Shown: piece after piece, positions 47,255-56,102 of the stretch
Numbering within the stretch: the first letter of the stretch is position 1
Layout of the letters: each line of letters begins with the position of its first letter
Translations under genes and position numbers: made by a program
Assembly (NCBI GenBank): GCA_049515535.1
Contig: JBEKTZ010000009.1
Coordinates: forward strand, 62,001 to 126,000
Direction: 5' to 3'
DNA: 64,000 bases
Origin: Candidatus Aminicenantales bacterium
Lineage (GTDB): Bacteria > Acidobacteriota > Aminicenantia > Aminicenantales > UBA4085
The notes under the pieces: generated by a model
Database searches by the model: none
What the model saw: the letters and a program-made list of their open reading frames with translations, nothing else
Told to the model about the DNA's origin: nothing

Positions 47255-47828
47255 TACGGCCTACCTTGCTTTCGTCAATTTTGCTATTTTCAATCCCACC
47301 AATCATTTTCTCAATAGCTTTTGGAAATTCTAGGTTAAGGCCGAATTGAAAATCAAATATCTTTTCTTCAATAAACTCTTTCTCTTTTTCTAATGAACGA
47401 CGTGATCGCGAAAAAATCCGATGAAACATGCGAACTTTTTCTATAGACAAAAGTTTGCTAATTGATAGATCGATTTTTTCGTGTAAATCGATTAATTGTT
47501 CTCTTATTTGGATAAAATCTTCTTGCGAGATATTGTTAATAGAATTTTTATAAGTTGAAGAATTGAAGAGTTTTTTTGTTTGGCGAGACACTTCTCTCAC
47601 ATTAACGTATAACTCAACGGCTCTAAAAAATAAAAAACCCTTCTTTTGAATATAGCTTTCCGTGGCATTGAGCATATCATGCCGTTCGGAAATGTCGTCA
47701 AGATAACAAGCAAGACTCAATTTTTTTTCTCCTCCCCTGGTCTTCCATGATATTTTATCGTCACCTTGAATGTCAAGCTCCTTGTTCTCTCTTAATATAA
47801 TACGATATATCGGCTTATTTGGTTTCAT
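47238..47828 (-). CDS. hypothetical helical protein (candidate partner/antitoxin)
   Basis: 196-aa AT-rich ORF; GGGGAGGGGG RBS directly inside the TIR; no family recognised. Confidence 0.55.
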   Translation of the reverse strand: MKPNKPIYRIILRENKELDIQGDDKISWKTRGGEKKLSLACYLDDISERHDMLNATESYIQKKGFLFFRAVELYVNVREVSRQTKKLFNSSTYKNSINNISQEDFIQIREQLIDLHEKIDLSISKLLSIEKVRMFHRIFSRSRRSLEKEKEFIEEKIFDFQFGLNLEFPKAIEKMIGGIENSKIDESKVGRIGSII

Positions 47829-48015
47829 TTCCCCCTCCCCGCCAAACTGACCCACTACCCCAGGATCTGGAGGACCAGAAATCTCCCCGGGATTCTCGTG
47901 GATGGAAAATTCCCCCGACAGGCCAGCTTTGACCTTGACGTGGACTCGAAGCTCAAGGAAAAGTCAAGAAGGTCGCTTCGTTTTATATAGGGAAGATCAT
48001 TGGACGAAAAGGACT

Positions 48016-48192
48016 TTATTTAAACCCGTAAGTATAATCCTCTTCGTCATAATTCACGTGTCTAAAGTAAATAATCCTACAGTATCCAGCTTGGGAGGGA
48101 TTTTCAGTCGAATATTTCTTTTTTATCTTTTCTACAAATTCAACTAGTTTATTCCTTTCTTCAACTTTGCTTTGTTTTATTTGTTTTTTCAT
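48016..48192 (-). CDS. 58-aa hypothetical protein coupled to the Clp-fold protease (absent from ORF track)
   Basis: MKKQIKQSKVEERNKLVEFVEKIKKKYSTENPSQAGYCRIIYFRHVNYDEEDYTYGFK; ATGA overlap with the protease stop; GGTGGAG RBS. Confidence 0.55.
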   Translation of the reverse strand: MKKQIKQSKVEERNKLVEFVEKIKKKYSTENPSQAGYCRIIYFRHVNYDEEDYTYGFK

Positions 48193-49358
48193 GCTCCACC
48201 TTCAAATATTATCTTATTATTTGTTTCTGATTCAATTTGTTTTTTTATGTCTGATAAGTCCGCATCCATGCCACATGCACACCTAAGCTTCGCGTTCTTT
48301 GGAAATGCTATACAACCTTTCTTCTTAAACTCTACATCAATCTGAGGGTTGGGCGCAAGTTTTGCATATATGCTAGTTATTTTTCCACATTTTGTGCATT
48401 TATGTTTTATTTCTACTGCTTGTGGCGGTTCTGCCTTTGATTTTGCGGCCGTGCGGAAGATTTTATTTTCTTCGGTAGCAAATATTTTGTAAGTTGCAGT
48501 CATGTCAAAAATGAATCTACATACATTTTGGATTCGATATACAATTTCCGCGAGACTCTTATCGTCTTCAATTCTATTAATTTTTAGTCCAATATCATTT
48601 ACTAGATCATGAAGTTTGATTGATCTGCCATGAGATCGCCATTTACTATGGTTGGATAAAACCGTGGCTATTTCCTTTGCACGGTCTTTTCTCATTTCAT
48701 CATTAACGGCGATTTTCCTCGTTTCAGTCTTATGCCAATCCTTGAACTTATATTTTACAAGCCAATCGATCACGAGCTCTTTGGCAAATTCTAACGCGTT
48801 GAATACTCCCTCTAATTCTCCTGGCGTTATTTGTGCAATCATGACGGAATCAAACGGATTAAGGTGATCCTGCTTTTCTGCTTCCTCTCTCTTCTTATTT
48901 ACCCATTCCATATAGTCATATGCCGAACTTATGGAACGGCCGATTCGCATCTGGGCGTCGATAGGACCAAGGCTTCCTGTTTCAGTCATTAATATCTCGT
49001 GCCCAGACAATACAATGATGGTTCCGGCGCTTTTAGCTTCGCCAGAAACTACAAATGACACTTTTTCAAATCGGTCATGAAGAAGCTTTACTATTTCTTC
49101 TGCGGATTCACCGCTACCCCCTCTCGTCTCAATGTACATATCAACTTTTTTATGGGGGACATCTCTAAGTAAATCATGGAGTAAATAGTAGTCCTCTTGA
49201 TTAATGGTATTATCTGGGATTTGTTTGCCAGTGGAAGAGGTGTATACAACTAAATATGTATTTCTAATTGCATTATATTTTTTTATGAGACTTAATAATT
49301 CTTTTTCCAGCGCATCGGGAGAAATATTTCGCTGGATATATTCGGGTATAAGGTTCAT
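48189..49358 (-). CDS. SDH-family / ClpP-SppA-fold serine protease with C-terminal Cys4 motif
   Basis: ETRGGSGE, AKSAGTI, GSLGPIDAQ, WRSHGRSI; CTKCG...CACG. Confidence 0.8.
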   Translation of the reverse strand: MNLIPEYIQRNISPDALEKELLSLIKKYNAIRNTYLVVYTSSTGKQIPDNTINQEDYYLLHDLLRDVPHKKVDMYIETRGGSGESAEEIVKLLHDRFEKVSFVVSGEAKSAGTIIVLSGHEILMTETGSLGPIDAQMRIGRSISSAYDYMEWVNKKREEAEKQDHLNPFDSVMIAQITPGELEGVFNALEFAKELVIDWLVKYKFKDWHKTETRKIAVNDEMRKDRAKEIATVLSNHSKWRSHGRSIKLHDLVNDIGLKINRIEDDKSLAEIVYRIQNVCRFIFDMTATYKIFATEENKIFRTAAKSKAEPPQAVEIKHKCTKCGKITSIYAKLAPNPQIDVEFKKKGCIAFPKNAKLRCACGMDADLSDIKKQIESETNNKIIFEGGA

Positions 49359-49595
49359 TACTCACCCCTGTCGATAAGACTCTGCTCAACCCTTCAGCGC
49401 AATCTTCCCTTGCTTAAGTTCGCAATTGAAAGCGCCATCCTAATATAATGACTATATTGCGGCTGCGGATCGAAGTCAAGAACCGAAAATGAAGGGAAAT
49501 GGCTACAAAGGACCCTGGAAGACCTGATCTGCCCCCCGTTTCTAGTCCATTCTGTCAACAAATTTTTGAATGCCATCGATTTACCAGGCTTCCGA

Positions 49596-50765
49596 TCATA
49601 GGTCACCATTGAATGCCCGATAGAGCATGGATTGGAAAAGAGCATCTAGACGACTTCGGCTGGCGGCTTGCTCGGCTTCTATCCCGCGGATTTCGGTCAC
49701 GCGTTGAGCGAACTCCTTTTGCAGCGGTAACGGCGGCAACGGAAATCCAAGCGAAGCCATTTGTTTTGCGTTGACGTTAGGTTGCGCTACCGCCCGTTTG
49801 AGCCTATTCAATTGACTCCAATATGCTGCAGTTTGCAGGAATGCAAAAACGAAAACTGGCAATGAAAGTATTTGATTTATTTTGAATCGAATTAAGTAGC
49901 CCGCAAAGACACAGCGCTCACGTATCCCAATATGAATATATGCTTTTCCAGCCGTCGCGCCACTTCGAGCAATCAGAATGTCGCCATCGGAAAGTTCGTA
50001 ATCGCTTAGGTTAGACTTATCGACCGGGACAAAAGCAGGTTCACACCGTCCAAGCCGCCCATATTCATCAATATCAGTAATACGAATAAAACGAACGCCG
50101 TGGCCCTCTGTCATCGCAGCGGCATTCAATCCATATTGACCACCGCCACCAATCTCTCCAAGCGTCACTAAAGGCCAATCCTTCGGGTTGGACGCCGGGT
50201 CACCGAACATTTGGTGGAAGAGGGCGGGAATGAGGGCGGCGGTTCGGCGGTCGGCTTTAGCGCGCAGCTTTCGTAACTCGTCCGCTTCGTCCAGCAGCTT
50301 CACTATCCGCTCCTGCTCGACCACGGGGGGTACTGGGATAGGGATACCAAGTAGCGCCTTCTGCCCGATACGTGGTAGATTTGCACCGGCCATTGCGTTT
50401 GATGCGGCCGATAAAACCGCGGGAGATCGAAGGTAGTTCGCCGCAAACGAGGCGTTCATCGCACTCTGTTTCGGACGGAGGACAAATATATCCGTCGAGC
50501 AGATTCCATCCTTGTCGGCTAGATAGATTTTGTTCAAGTAAGGACGGAGTTTCCCGTAAAGTATTTCGCCACGATGAAAAACGTTCTTCGTGCTTTTAAT
50601 CTCCGCTCCTATTGTTAGTTGATGCGGTAGGAGTTGGCCGGTGTGGCCCTCAATGCTTTCTAATCCGATGTAATTATAAAGGATGTCCGGATGCTCAATG
50701 GGTTCAATTCGTTCGCGGCTGACTTCTAGGACTTCGCTTAAAGGTTTCACCGGCCAGCGTTTCAT
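49596..50765 (-). CDS. hsdS: type I R-M specificity subunit
   Basis: Two TRDs with conserved IPVPPVVEQERIV and PLPPLPLQKEF regions; MFGDP..NPKDW spacer. Confidence 0.92.
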   Translation of the reverse strand: MKRWPVKPLSEVLEVSRERIEPIEHPDILYNYIGLESIEGHTGQLLPHQLTIGAEIKSTKNVFHRGEILYGKLRPYLNKIYLADKDGICSTDIFVLRPKQSAMNASFAANYLRSPAVLSAASNAMAGANLPRIGQKALLGIPIPVPPVVEQERIVKLLDEADELRKLRAKADRRTAALIPALFHQMFGDPASNPKDWPLVTLGEIGGGGQYGLNAAAMTEGHGVRFIRITDIDEYGRLGRCEPAFVPVDKSNLSDYELSDGDILIARSGATAGKAYIHIGIRERCVFAGYLIRFKINQILSLPVFVFAFLQTAAYWSQLNRLKRAVAQPNVNAKQMASLGFPLPPLPLQKEFAQRVTEIRGIEAEQAASRSRLDALFQSMLYRAFNGDL

Positions 50766-52249
50766 TTCTTATCGTCGATTTTCGCAAGCAACGCGTTGCC
50801 GCGCCGGATTATTTCGTTTTCCAGCTTGAGAACCTCGCCGAAAATATCAGCTGGAGCGTCATGCTTCACGGCTTCAGTGATGGCGGGTTTGTAGCGGCCC
50901 GCGGCAAGACTCCAGTCGTTCTCGCGAATCTTCTCGATCGGCACGCGGTAACTGTTTGGGCCTTCATCGCGGTTCAGCCATTTAACTTGCAAATCGGGAA
51001 TATCGTTTGCGTCAATCGGCGTCCGTTTATCGTCGAGGCTGAAGCCGTCGGCGGTGAGGTCGTAGAACCAGACCGACTGGGTCGGTTTCCCTTTTTGAAA
51101 AATGAGCGCTGCAGTCCCGACGCCGGAATATGGCTTGAAGACACCGCTGGGCAGGCTGATGACGGCTTGCAGGTCGCATTCGGACAAAAGAAGTTCGCGT
51201 AGGCTCGTCGCCGCGTTGGTCGAGCCGAAGAGAACGCCGTTAGGCACGATGACCCCGGCGCGGCCATTGGGCGTGAGGTGGTCGATGAACCATTTCAGGA
51301 AGAGCAGCTCGGTGGCGCGTGTGTTGAGCTTGTAATTGAGATCGGCGAGGATGCTTTCGTCTTGCACTTTTCCGGCAAACGGCGGATTGGCGAGAATGAC
51401 ATCGAACATCTTGCCGGGATACGCGCCGCCGAAGCCTGTGGTCAGCGGATTCATTAGCGAAAGGCGAGCCTTCTCCAATTGGTGAAGGTATAGGTTCAGA
51501 ATGCCGATTTTTACCATGTTTGCGTCGTTGTCGAAACCGGTGAACGCTTGTTCTTCCAGGAATTTCCATTGGGCAGGCTTGAGAAGCGTGCCGTCGACAA
51601 TGCCTCGCCGAAGGTCGGCAGGCTTTGTATGCCGGCGCAAGATATGATTGAAGGCGGATATGAGGAAACCTGCCGTTCCACAGGCTGGGTCACATATGAG
51701 TTGGCCGGGTTGTGGGTTCACCAGCGTGACCATCATATCGATAATATGTCGAGGAGTGCGGAACTGGCCGTTCGTGCCGGACATGGATAATTTGCTCAAC
51801 AGGTATTCATACATGTCGCCCTTGATGTCATGACCCTCGTGGGCGGCAAGGTCGAGATTGTGAATTCCCTGGACGACTGCGCGTAGTGTGGGCCTGTCAT
51901 AAATCTTGAGAGTGGCACGGCTGAAGAGAAGTTTGCCGGTATCAGTGAGGCTGGGGAGCTCATGCAGACTCTCAATAGCATCTCGGATGGCGTTGAAAAG
52001 AGCATCTCCGGTGAGGGTGACAAAATTACCCCAAGCGAACCGCGCCCACTTCCCCGAGAAGATGCGGGTATATTTTTTATCAAGAGTGGCGAGCACGTCG
52101 TCTTTCTCGGTGAGCAATCGCAAAAACATCAGATAGGAAATCTGTTCAATGGAGTCCATCGGATTGTTCACGCCGCCCGCATAAAGAATATCCATCAGCT
52201 GGTCCACTCGCTGGCGGAGACCGGAAGAGAAGAAGTTGGAAGTCGTCAT
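50762..52249 (-). CDS. hsdM: type I R-M N6-adenine methyltransferase
   Basis: GQFRTPRH, DPACGTAGFL, LANPPF, GVFKPY. Confidence 0.93.
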   Translation of the reverse strand: MTTSNFFSSGLRQRVDQLMDILYAGGVNNPMDSIEQISYLMFLRLLTEKDDVLATLDKKYTRIFSGKWARFAWGNFVTLTGDALFNAIRDAIESLHELPSLTDTGKLLFSRATLKIYDRPTLRAVVQGIHNLDLAAHEGHDIKGDMYEYLLSKLSMSGTNGQFRTPRHIIDMMVTLVNPQPGQLICDPACGTAGFLISAFNHILRRHTKPADLRRGIVDGTLLKPAQWKFLEEQAFTGFDNDANMVKIGILNLYLHQLEKARLSLMNPLTTGFGGAYPGKMFDVILANPPFAGKVQDESILADLNYKLNTRATELLFLKWFIDHLTPNGRAGVIVPNGVLFGSTNAATSLRELLLSECDLQAVISLPSGVFKPYSGVGTAALIFQKGKPTQSVWFYDLTADGFSLDDKRTPIDANDIPDLQVKWLNRDEGPNSYRVPIEKIRENDWSLAAGRYKPAITEAVKHDAPADIFGEVLKLENEIIRRGNALLAKIDDKK

Positions 52250-54645
52250 TGGGTCGATGCTCCGATCAAAGATTGGCGAACGAGGATGGATTGTCGCAAG
52301 GCTTCAAATACCTGTTCTCGGCCTTCGAAATGAGCAAGCGCGGAAATACCGCCGAGCTGATTGAACTGGCTGGCCGTGAATATAGTCATATCGCCGGCCA
52401 TAAATTTTCGCAGCGCTTGTAAATCTTCGGCAAGCAGCTGCGCCGTCGCATCGAGCCATTTTTGTTCGCTATAGCGGAGATTGAACCGGGCGGCAATGGA
52501 ATCGACCGTATCCGAGATTATTTCATCCTTGCTGGGAAGCGGCTTTTTCCCGACCGCATTATAGACGAACGCAGGTGTTGGGAGAGGTACACCATAGGAG
52601 GCAATGAGTTTATCCACTGAGTAGAACATCTTCGGCTTATGGAAGAACCGCTCGTTCATGATTGTTTCGACGGCGTCATCGTCCTCGTCGGAGACGGCCT
52701 CCCTCATGTCCGTATCACGCTCAGCAAAGTCTTTGACGTCCCGCTCGAAGGAGCCTCGGAAGGTCATGATATCGACCTTTTCGCCGCTCGGTCCGACTTC
52801 AATGACCTCGCGGCTAACCATGATATCGCGCCCTTCCCAGACAGGAATTTCACGAGGCGGAGGTAGCAGTTCAGAAGATGGCGTCCCGGTACCATCCCGA
52901 ACTATTCCCCCAGGTTCTCCTCCCCGAGGATATGGTCCAGGCGCTTTTTTATCGGGAGGAAGTTTTAGAGGTATCGAATAATCGTATTTATCTTCGAAAT
53001 ATTCCGCGACCGCGCAAAAATCGAGGATAAAGAAGTTTTTCTTCTCGTATTCGGTATGACCGATTTTAAACGTGAAGAGGCGCGTGCCGCGCCCTTTGAT
53101 CTGGACATATTCCGTGGGCGAAAAAATCGGCCGCATCAAGCCGATATTGAGAAGGTCGCGACAATTGTATCCCGTGGATAGCATGTCCACGGACACCGCG
53201 ATCCGCTCGGCGCGCTTTCCGTCGCGAAATTCCTTGGAAATGATTGACGCTTCCGGGATGCGAGAGGTGATGGTGACGGCGATTCCGGGCTGAAGCTCAT
53301 TGAAAATCTTGGTGAGGTTCGTCGCGTGCGTTTGGTTCACGGCAAAGACGATGGATTTGCCGATATTTCCGGACGGGTCTTTCTGCGCTTCTTTTAAAAA
53401 GGCTTCGCACATAAGGCGATTTCGCGCAGGCGTGAAGATTCTCCGTTCCAAATGTTGGATCTTGATATTTTCTTCTTGCTCATTGATGATGACGGCCCAG
53501 CCCTTCTCGGCAAGGGTCTTTGTGGTTATATCAGATCGAAGGTCAAAAATTATAGGGAGACAGAGAAAAGGGCCTTCGGGATCTTTGACGGCGTCGATGA
53601 TATCGTATCGAAAGGTCGGGAATCCCGGCACGCACCCAAAGTAATTATAAGTATCGCGCAATTGTCGGGCTTCAAGAGCTTTCGGATTCGTGGCTTCCAG
53701 CTCTTCGACGTTGATGTTCTTCAGATAAGACTTCGGCGTGGCCGTCAATCCGACACGCGTCGCTTGGAAGAACTGGACCACCTCGCGGGCATCTCCATAT
53801 ATGGATCGGTGAGCCTCGTCGTTAATGACAAGATCGAAGTAGAAAGGAGTGAACTCTTCGCGGTAGCGGCGGTCAACCATGAGCGACTGAATGGTGGCCA
53901 CGACGACCGAGGCCCCGAGCAGCTCACCAGTGCGGCGGGCGGTCTTAAAAATGACGGGTTTGAACTCCGGGAGGACGACCGCGAAATCCTCCATCGTCTG
54001 TTTCGCCAATTCGATGCGGTCAACGATGAACAAGACCCGCTCGGCATTTCGGGTCGTGAGAAAGCGGCGGATGAGCGCGGCACAGAGGAGCGTTTTGCCC
54101 GTGCCGGTAGCCATTTCGAGGAGGAATTTGCGGCGGCCGTCTTTATCGAAGAGGCGCCCAATCTCATCCATCGCCCTTATCTGGTAGCGGCGGAGCGTGA
54201 GGTCGTGCTTCAAATGCCTGAGATAATCGGGCGATATGACCTCGCTCAAGAGCGGGCGGGGCGGCTGGAGGTTTTTCAATCGAACGCGGGCGAGGTCATC
54301 CCGCGAAGGGAGACGTTCGATTCGGTAGGCATCGCGCTGGCCCGCCCGTTCATAGTTCCAGAACCAGTGTTCCCGGCCATTGGATAAGATGACGAACGGG
54401 GCGTTCAGATTCTCCGCATATCCGCGGGCCTGTTCCTTGGCATCGTAGGGGTCGAGATCTTCCCGCTTGGCCTCGAGCACGCAAAGGACGCGGCCGAGGT
54501 CGTCCATGAGGAGATAATCCGCCCGGCCGTTGACGGCATTTTGTTCGAATCGGACTTGCTTTGGGTCCAACAGGTCCCAATCGCTAGCTTCGAGCGCTTT
54601 GTCGATTAGGATTCGGGAGAAGGCTTCGGTTTTACTGGAAGGCAC
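52246..54645 (-). CDS. hsdR: type I R-M restriction subunit
   Basis: ADYLL...LEAK nuclease motif, MATGTGKT, DEAHRS, GLTATP, QIKGRGTR; 4-nt overlaps R-M-S. Confidence 0.9.
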   Translation of the reverse strand: MPSSKTEAFSRILIDKALEASDWDLLDPKQVRFEQNAVNGRADYLLMDDLGRVLCVLEAKREDLDPYDAKEQARGYAENLNAPFVILSNGREHWFWNYERAGQRDAYRIERLPSRDDLARVRLKNLQPPRPLLSEVISPDYLRHLKHDLTLRRYQIRAMDEIGRLFDKDGRRKFLLEMATGTGKTLLCAALIRRFLTTRNAERVLFIVDRIELAKQTMEDFAVVLPEFKPVIFKTARRTGELLGASVVVATIQSLMVDRRYREEFTPFYFDLVINDEAHRSIYGDAREVVQFFQATRVGLTATPKSYLKNINVEELEATNPKALEARQLRDTYNYFGCVPGFPTFRYDIIDAVKDPEGPFLCLPIIFDLRSDITTKTLAEKGWAVIINEQEENIKIQHLERRIFTPARNRLMCEAFLKEAQKDPSGNIGKSIVFAVNQTHATNLTKIFNELQPGIAVTITSRIPEASIISKEFRDGKRAERIAVSVDMLSTGYNCRDLLNIGLMRPIFSPTEYVQIKGRGTRLFTFKIGHTEYEKKNFFILDFCAVAEYFEDKYDYSIPLKLPPDKKAPGPYPRGGEPGGIVRDGTGTPSSELLPPPREIPVWEGRDIMVSREVIEVGPSGEKVDIMTFRGSFERDVKDFAERDTDMREAVSDEDDDAVETIMNERFFHKPKMFYSVDKLIASYGVPLPTPAFVYNAVGKKPLPSKDEIISDTVDSIAARFNLRYSEQKWLDATAQLLAEDLQALRKFMAGDMTIFTASQFNQLGGISALAHFEGREQVFEALRQSILVRQSLIGASTQ

Positions 54646-54753
54646 TGATCATCCCCTTGTTAAACCCTGAGTTTATATCGATGCCAATATTATCTTTATC
54701 TCAGGGGTGATAATCAATCAGAGAATTTGACTTAATTCCACTTGTCGAATTTA

Positions 54754-55122
54754 TTAAAGGGACAGGCGCGACTTCAGTTCGGCGGGAATGAACCTTGCCA
54801 GGTTCTTCCGCTTTTCCACGAGGCGGAGAATGTCGGCTAGGTCTTTCTGGCGCTTGCTCGGACGCCGCGTTTCATCGAGAGCCGCCCAGATCTTGCCTTG
54901 AAGAACATCCTCGATGCGAGCGACCTGCATGTCGTAGCCCAATACGCTCTTCATCCGGGCTTTTCCGAGAAAAGCCTGATAGCGCGGATCGGTCCGGACC
55001 TGGATCCTCAGATCCGATCCCCGGCACGAAATGTTCAAGCGGTTCGGAAATTCCTTGGCCCTGAATCCGGAAGACAGGGCTTCTCTCAGGTCCTGAATCC
55101 GATCAGAGGCAACGACCTCCAA
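54754..55122 (-). pseudogene. 5'-truncated nucleotidyltransferase (AbiEii-like)
   Basis: VARIEDVLQGKIWA...RR.SKRQKDLADI C-terminal motif; catalytic GG...DxD N-terminus and RBS missing. Confidence 0.55.
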
Positions 55123-55177
55123 TTGGCGCGCTTGGCCGCGGCCGAAACGGAACGAGAGGACCGCTCTTAAATTGAAT

Positions 55178-55224
55178 GCGGATTTTAAAGAAAAACCTTA
55201 AAAAAAGACGATTGTCCCTTCAAC
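55178..55224 (+). repeat. 47-bp direct repeat, copy 1
   Basis: GCGGATTTTAAAGAAAAACCTTAAAAAAAGACGATTGTCCCTTCAAC; 43/47 identical to 57564-57610. Confidence 0.75.
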
Positions 55225-55275
55225 CTTCTTCCATTCACGTCATTCTGTTATCATGAATCCGACAGGAGCGCGGGA

Positions 55276-55704
55276 ATGAAACTCGATCTGACCCCTCTGG
55301 AAAAAGCGCTGGCTCTGCTCGAACAAAGCTTGTCCTATCTGCGTTCTGAGTTGGCCGTCGGCGATCCGGGACTGCGCGCCCAGTTTCGAGCGGCGGCGAT
55401 CCAAGGATTCGAGCGTACCTACGAATTGGCCGTTAAGATGATCCGCCGCCAAATGGCCCAGATCTCAGCCGTTCCGGCCGAACTCGCTGAAATGGCCTTC
55501 AAGGACCTCATTCGCGAAGCGGCTGACGCGGGACTTGTCGTCGATCCAGAGAGCTTCTTCCATTTCCGGGAAATTCGCAATCTGACCGCCCATACCTACG
55601 ATGAAGCCAAGGCGGAAAAGGTCATAGGAACACTCGATGGATTCCGCAAGGACGTCCTCGTCCTCTTGAAGGAACTGAAGCGTCGGAACCATGCGGCCGA
55701 TTGA
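55276..55704 (+). CDS. HEPN-domain protein (HI0074-like), HepT-type toxin
   Basis: AAIQGFERTYELAVKMI and RNLTAHTY (Rx4H); AGGAG RBS. Confidence 0.85.
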   Translation: MKLDLTPLEKALALLEQSLSYLRSELAVGDPGLRAQFRAAAIQGFERTYELAVKMIRRQMAQISAVPAELAEMAFKDLIREAADAGLVVDPESFFHFREIRNLTAHTYDEAKAEKVIGTLDGFRKDVLVLLKELKRRNHAAD

Positions 55705-56002
55705 TATTCTCCCCAAGGATCTCGAAATCGTTCGCGCCATCGTGGGACGATTCGTACCTGGAAAAGAGGTCCGCGCCTTCGGCTCGCGCGCTTTAGGGAA
55801 CGCCCGCCGACACTCCGACCTCGACCTGGTCATTATGACGGAGCGGCCGCTCGACGTGACCGTCTTGGCTGGGATGAACGCGGCTTTCTCCGATTCATCC
55901 CTCCCGTTCACGGTGGATGTTCTGGACTGGGCGTCTCTCGATGAAAGCTTCCGCCTTCTCATCCGCGAAGGATCGGTCGTCATTCAGGCCTCTGCGGCAT
56001 AA
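55691..56002 (+). CDS. minimal nucleotidyltransferase (MNT, HI0073-like) antitoxin
   Basis: AFGSRA.G.....SDLDL and LPFTVDVLDW; overlaps the HEPN gene. Confidence 0.87.
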   Translation: MRPIDILPKDLEIVRAIVGRFVPGKEVRAFGSRALGNARRHSDLDLVIMTERPLDVTVLAGMNAAFSDSSLPFTVDVLDWASLDESFRLLIREGSVVIQASAA

Positions 56003-56102
56003 TCATCATAGCTGAGAATGCTGAGTAAGCCCTCGCTGAACGGCTCAAGGCCATGTTTGACCTCGGCTTCATGATTGGGTTAAAATTGAAACGAGTCAGC
56101 CT

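Larger units (their letters stand above)
43751..47859. mobile_element. IS1-family cargo-carrying transposon, 4109 bp including the nested IS200
   Basis: Perfect 17-bp TIRs GGTAGTGGGTCAGTTTG (43751-43767; 47843-47859); 8-bp TSD CCAGGATC (43743-43750; 47860-47867); AT-rich interior; DDE transposase. Confidence 0.92.

Noticed and set aside
47829..47855. GTG start at 47855 for the cargo ORF
   Set aside because: It lies inside the TIR; ATG 47828 has a strong SD.
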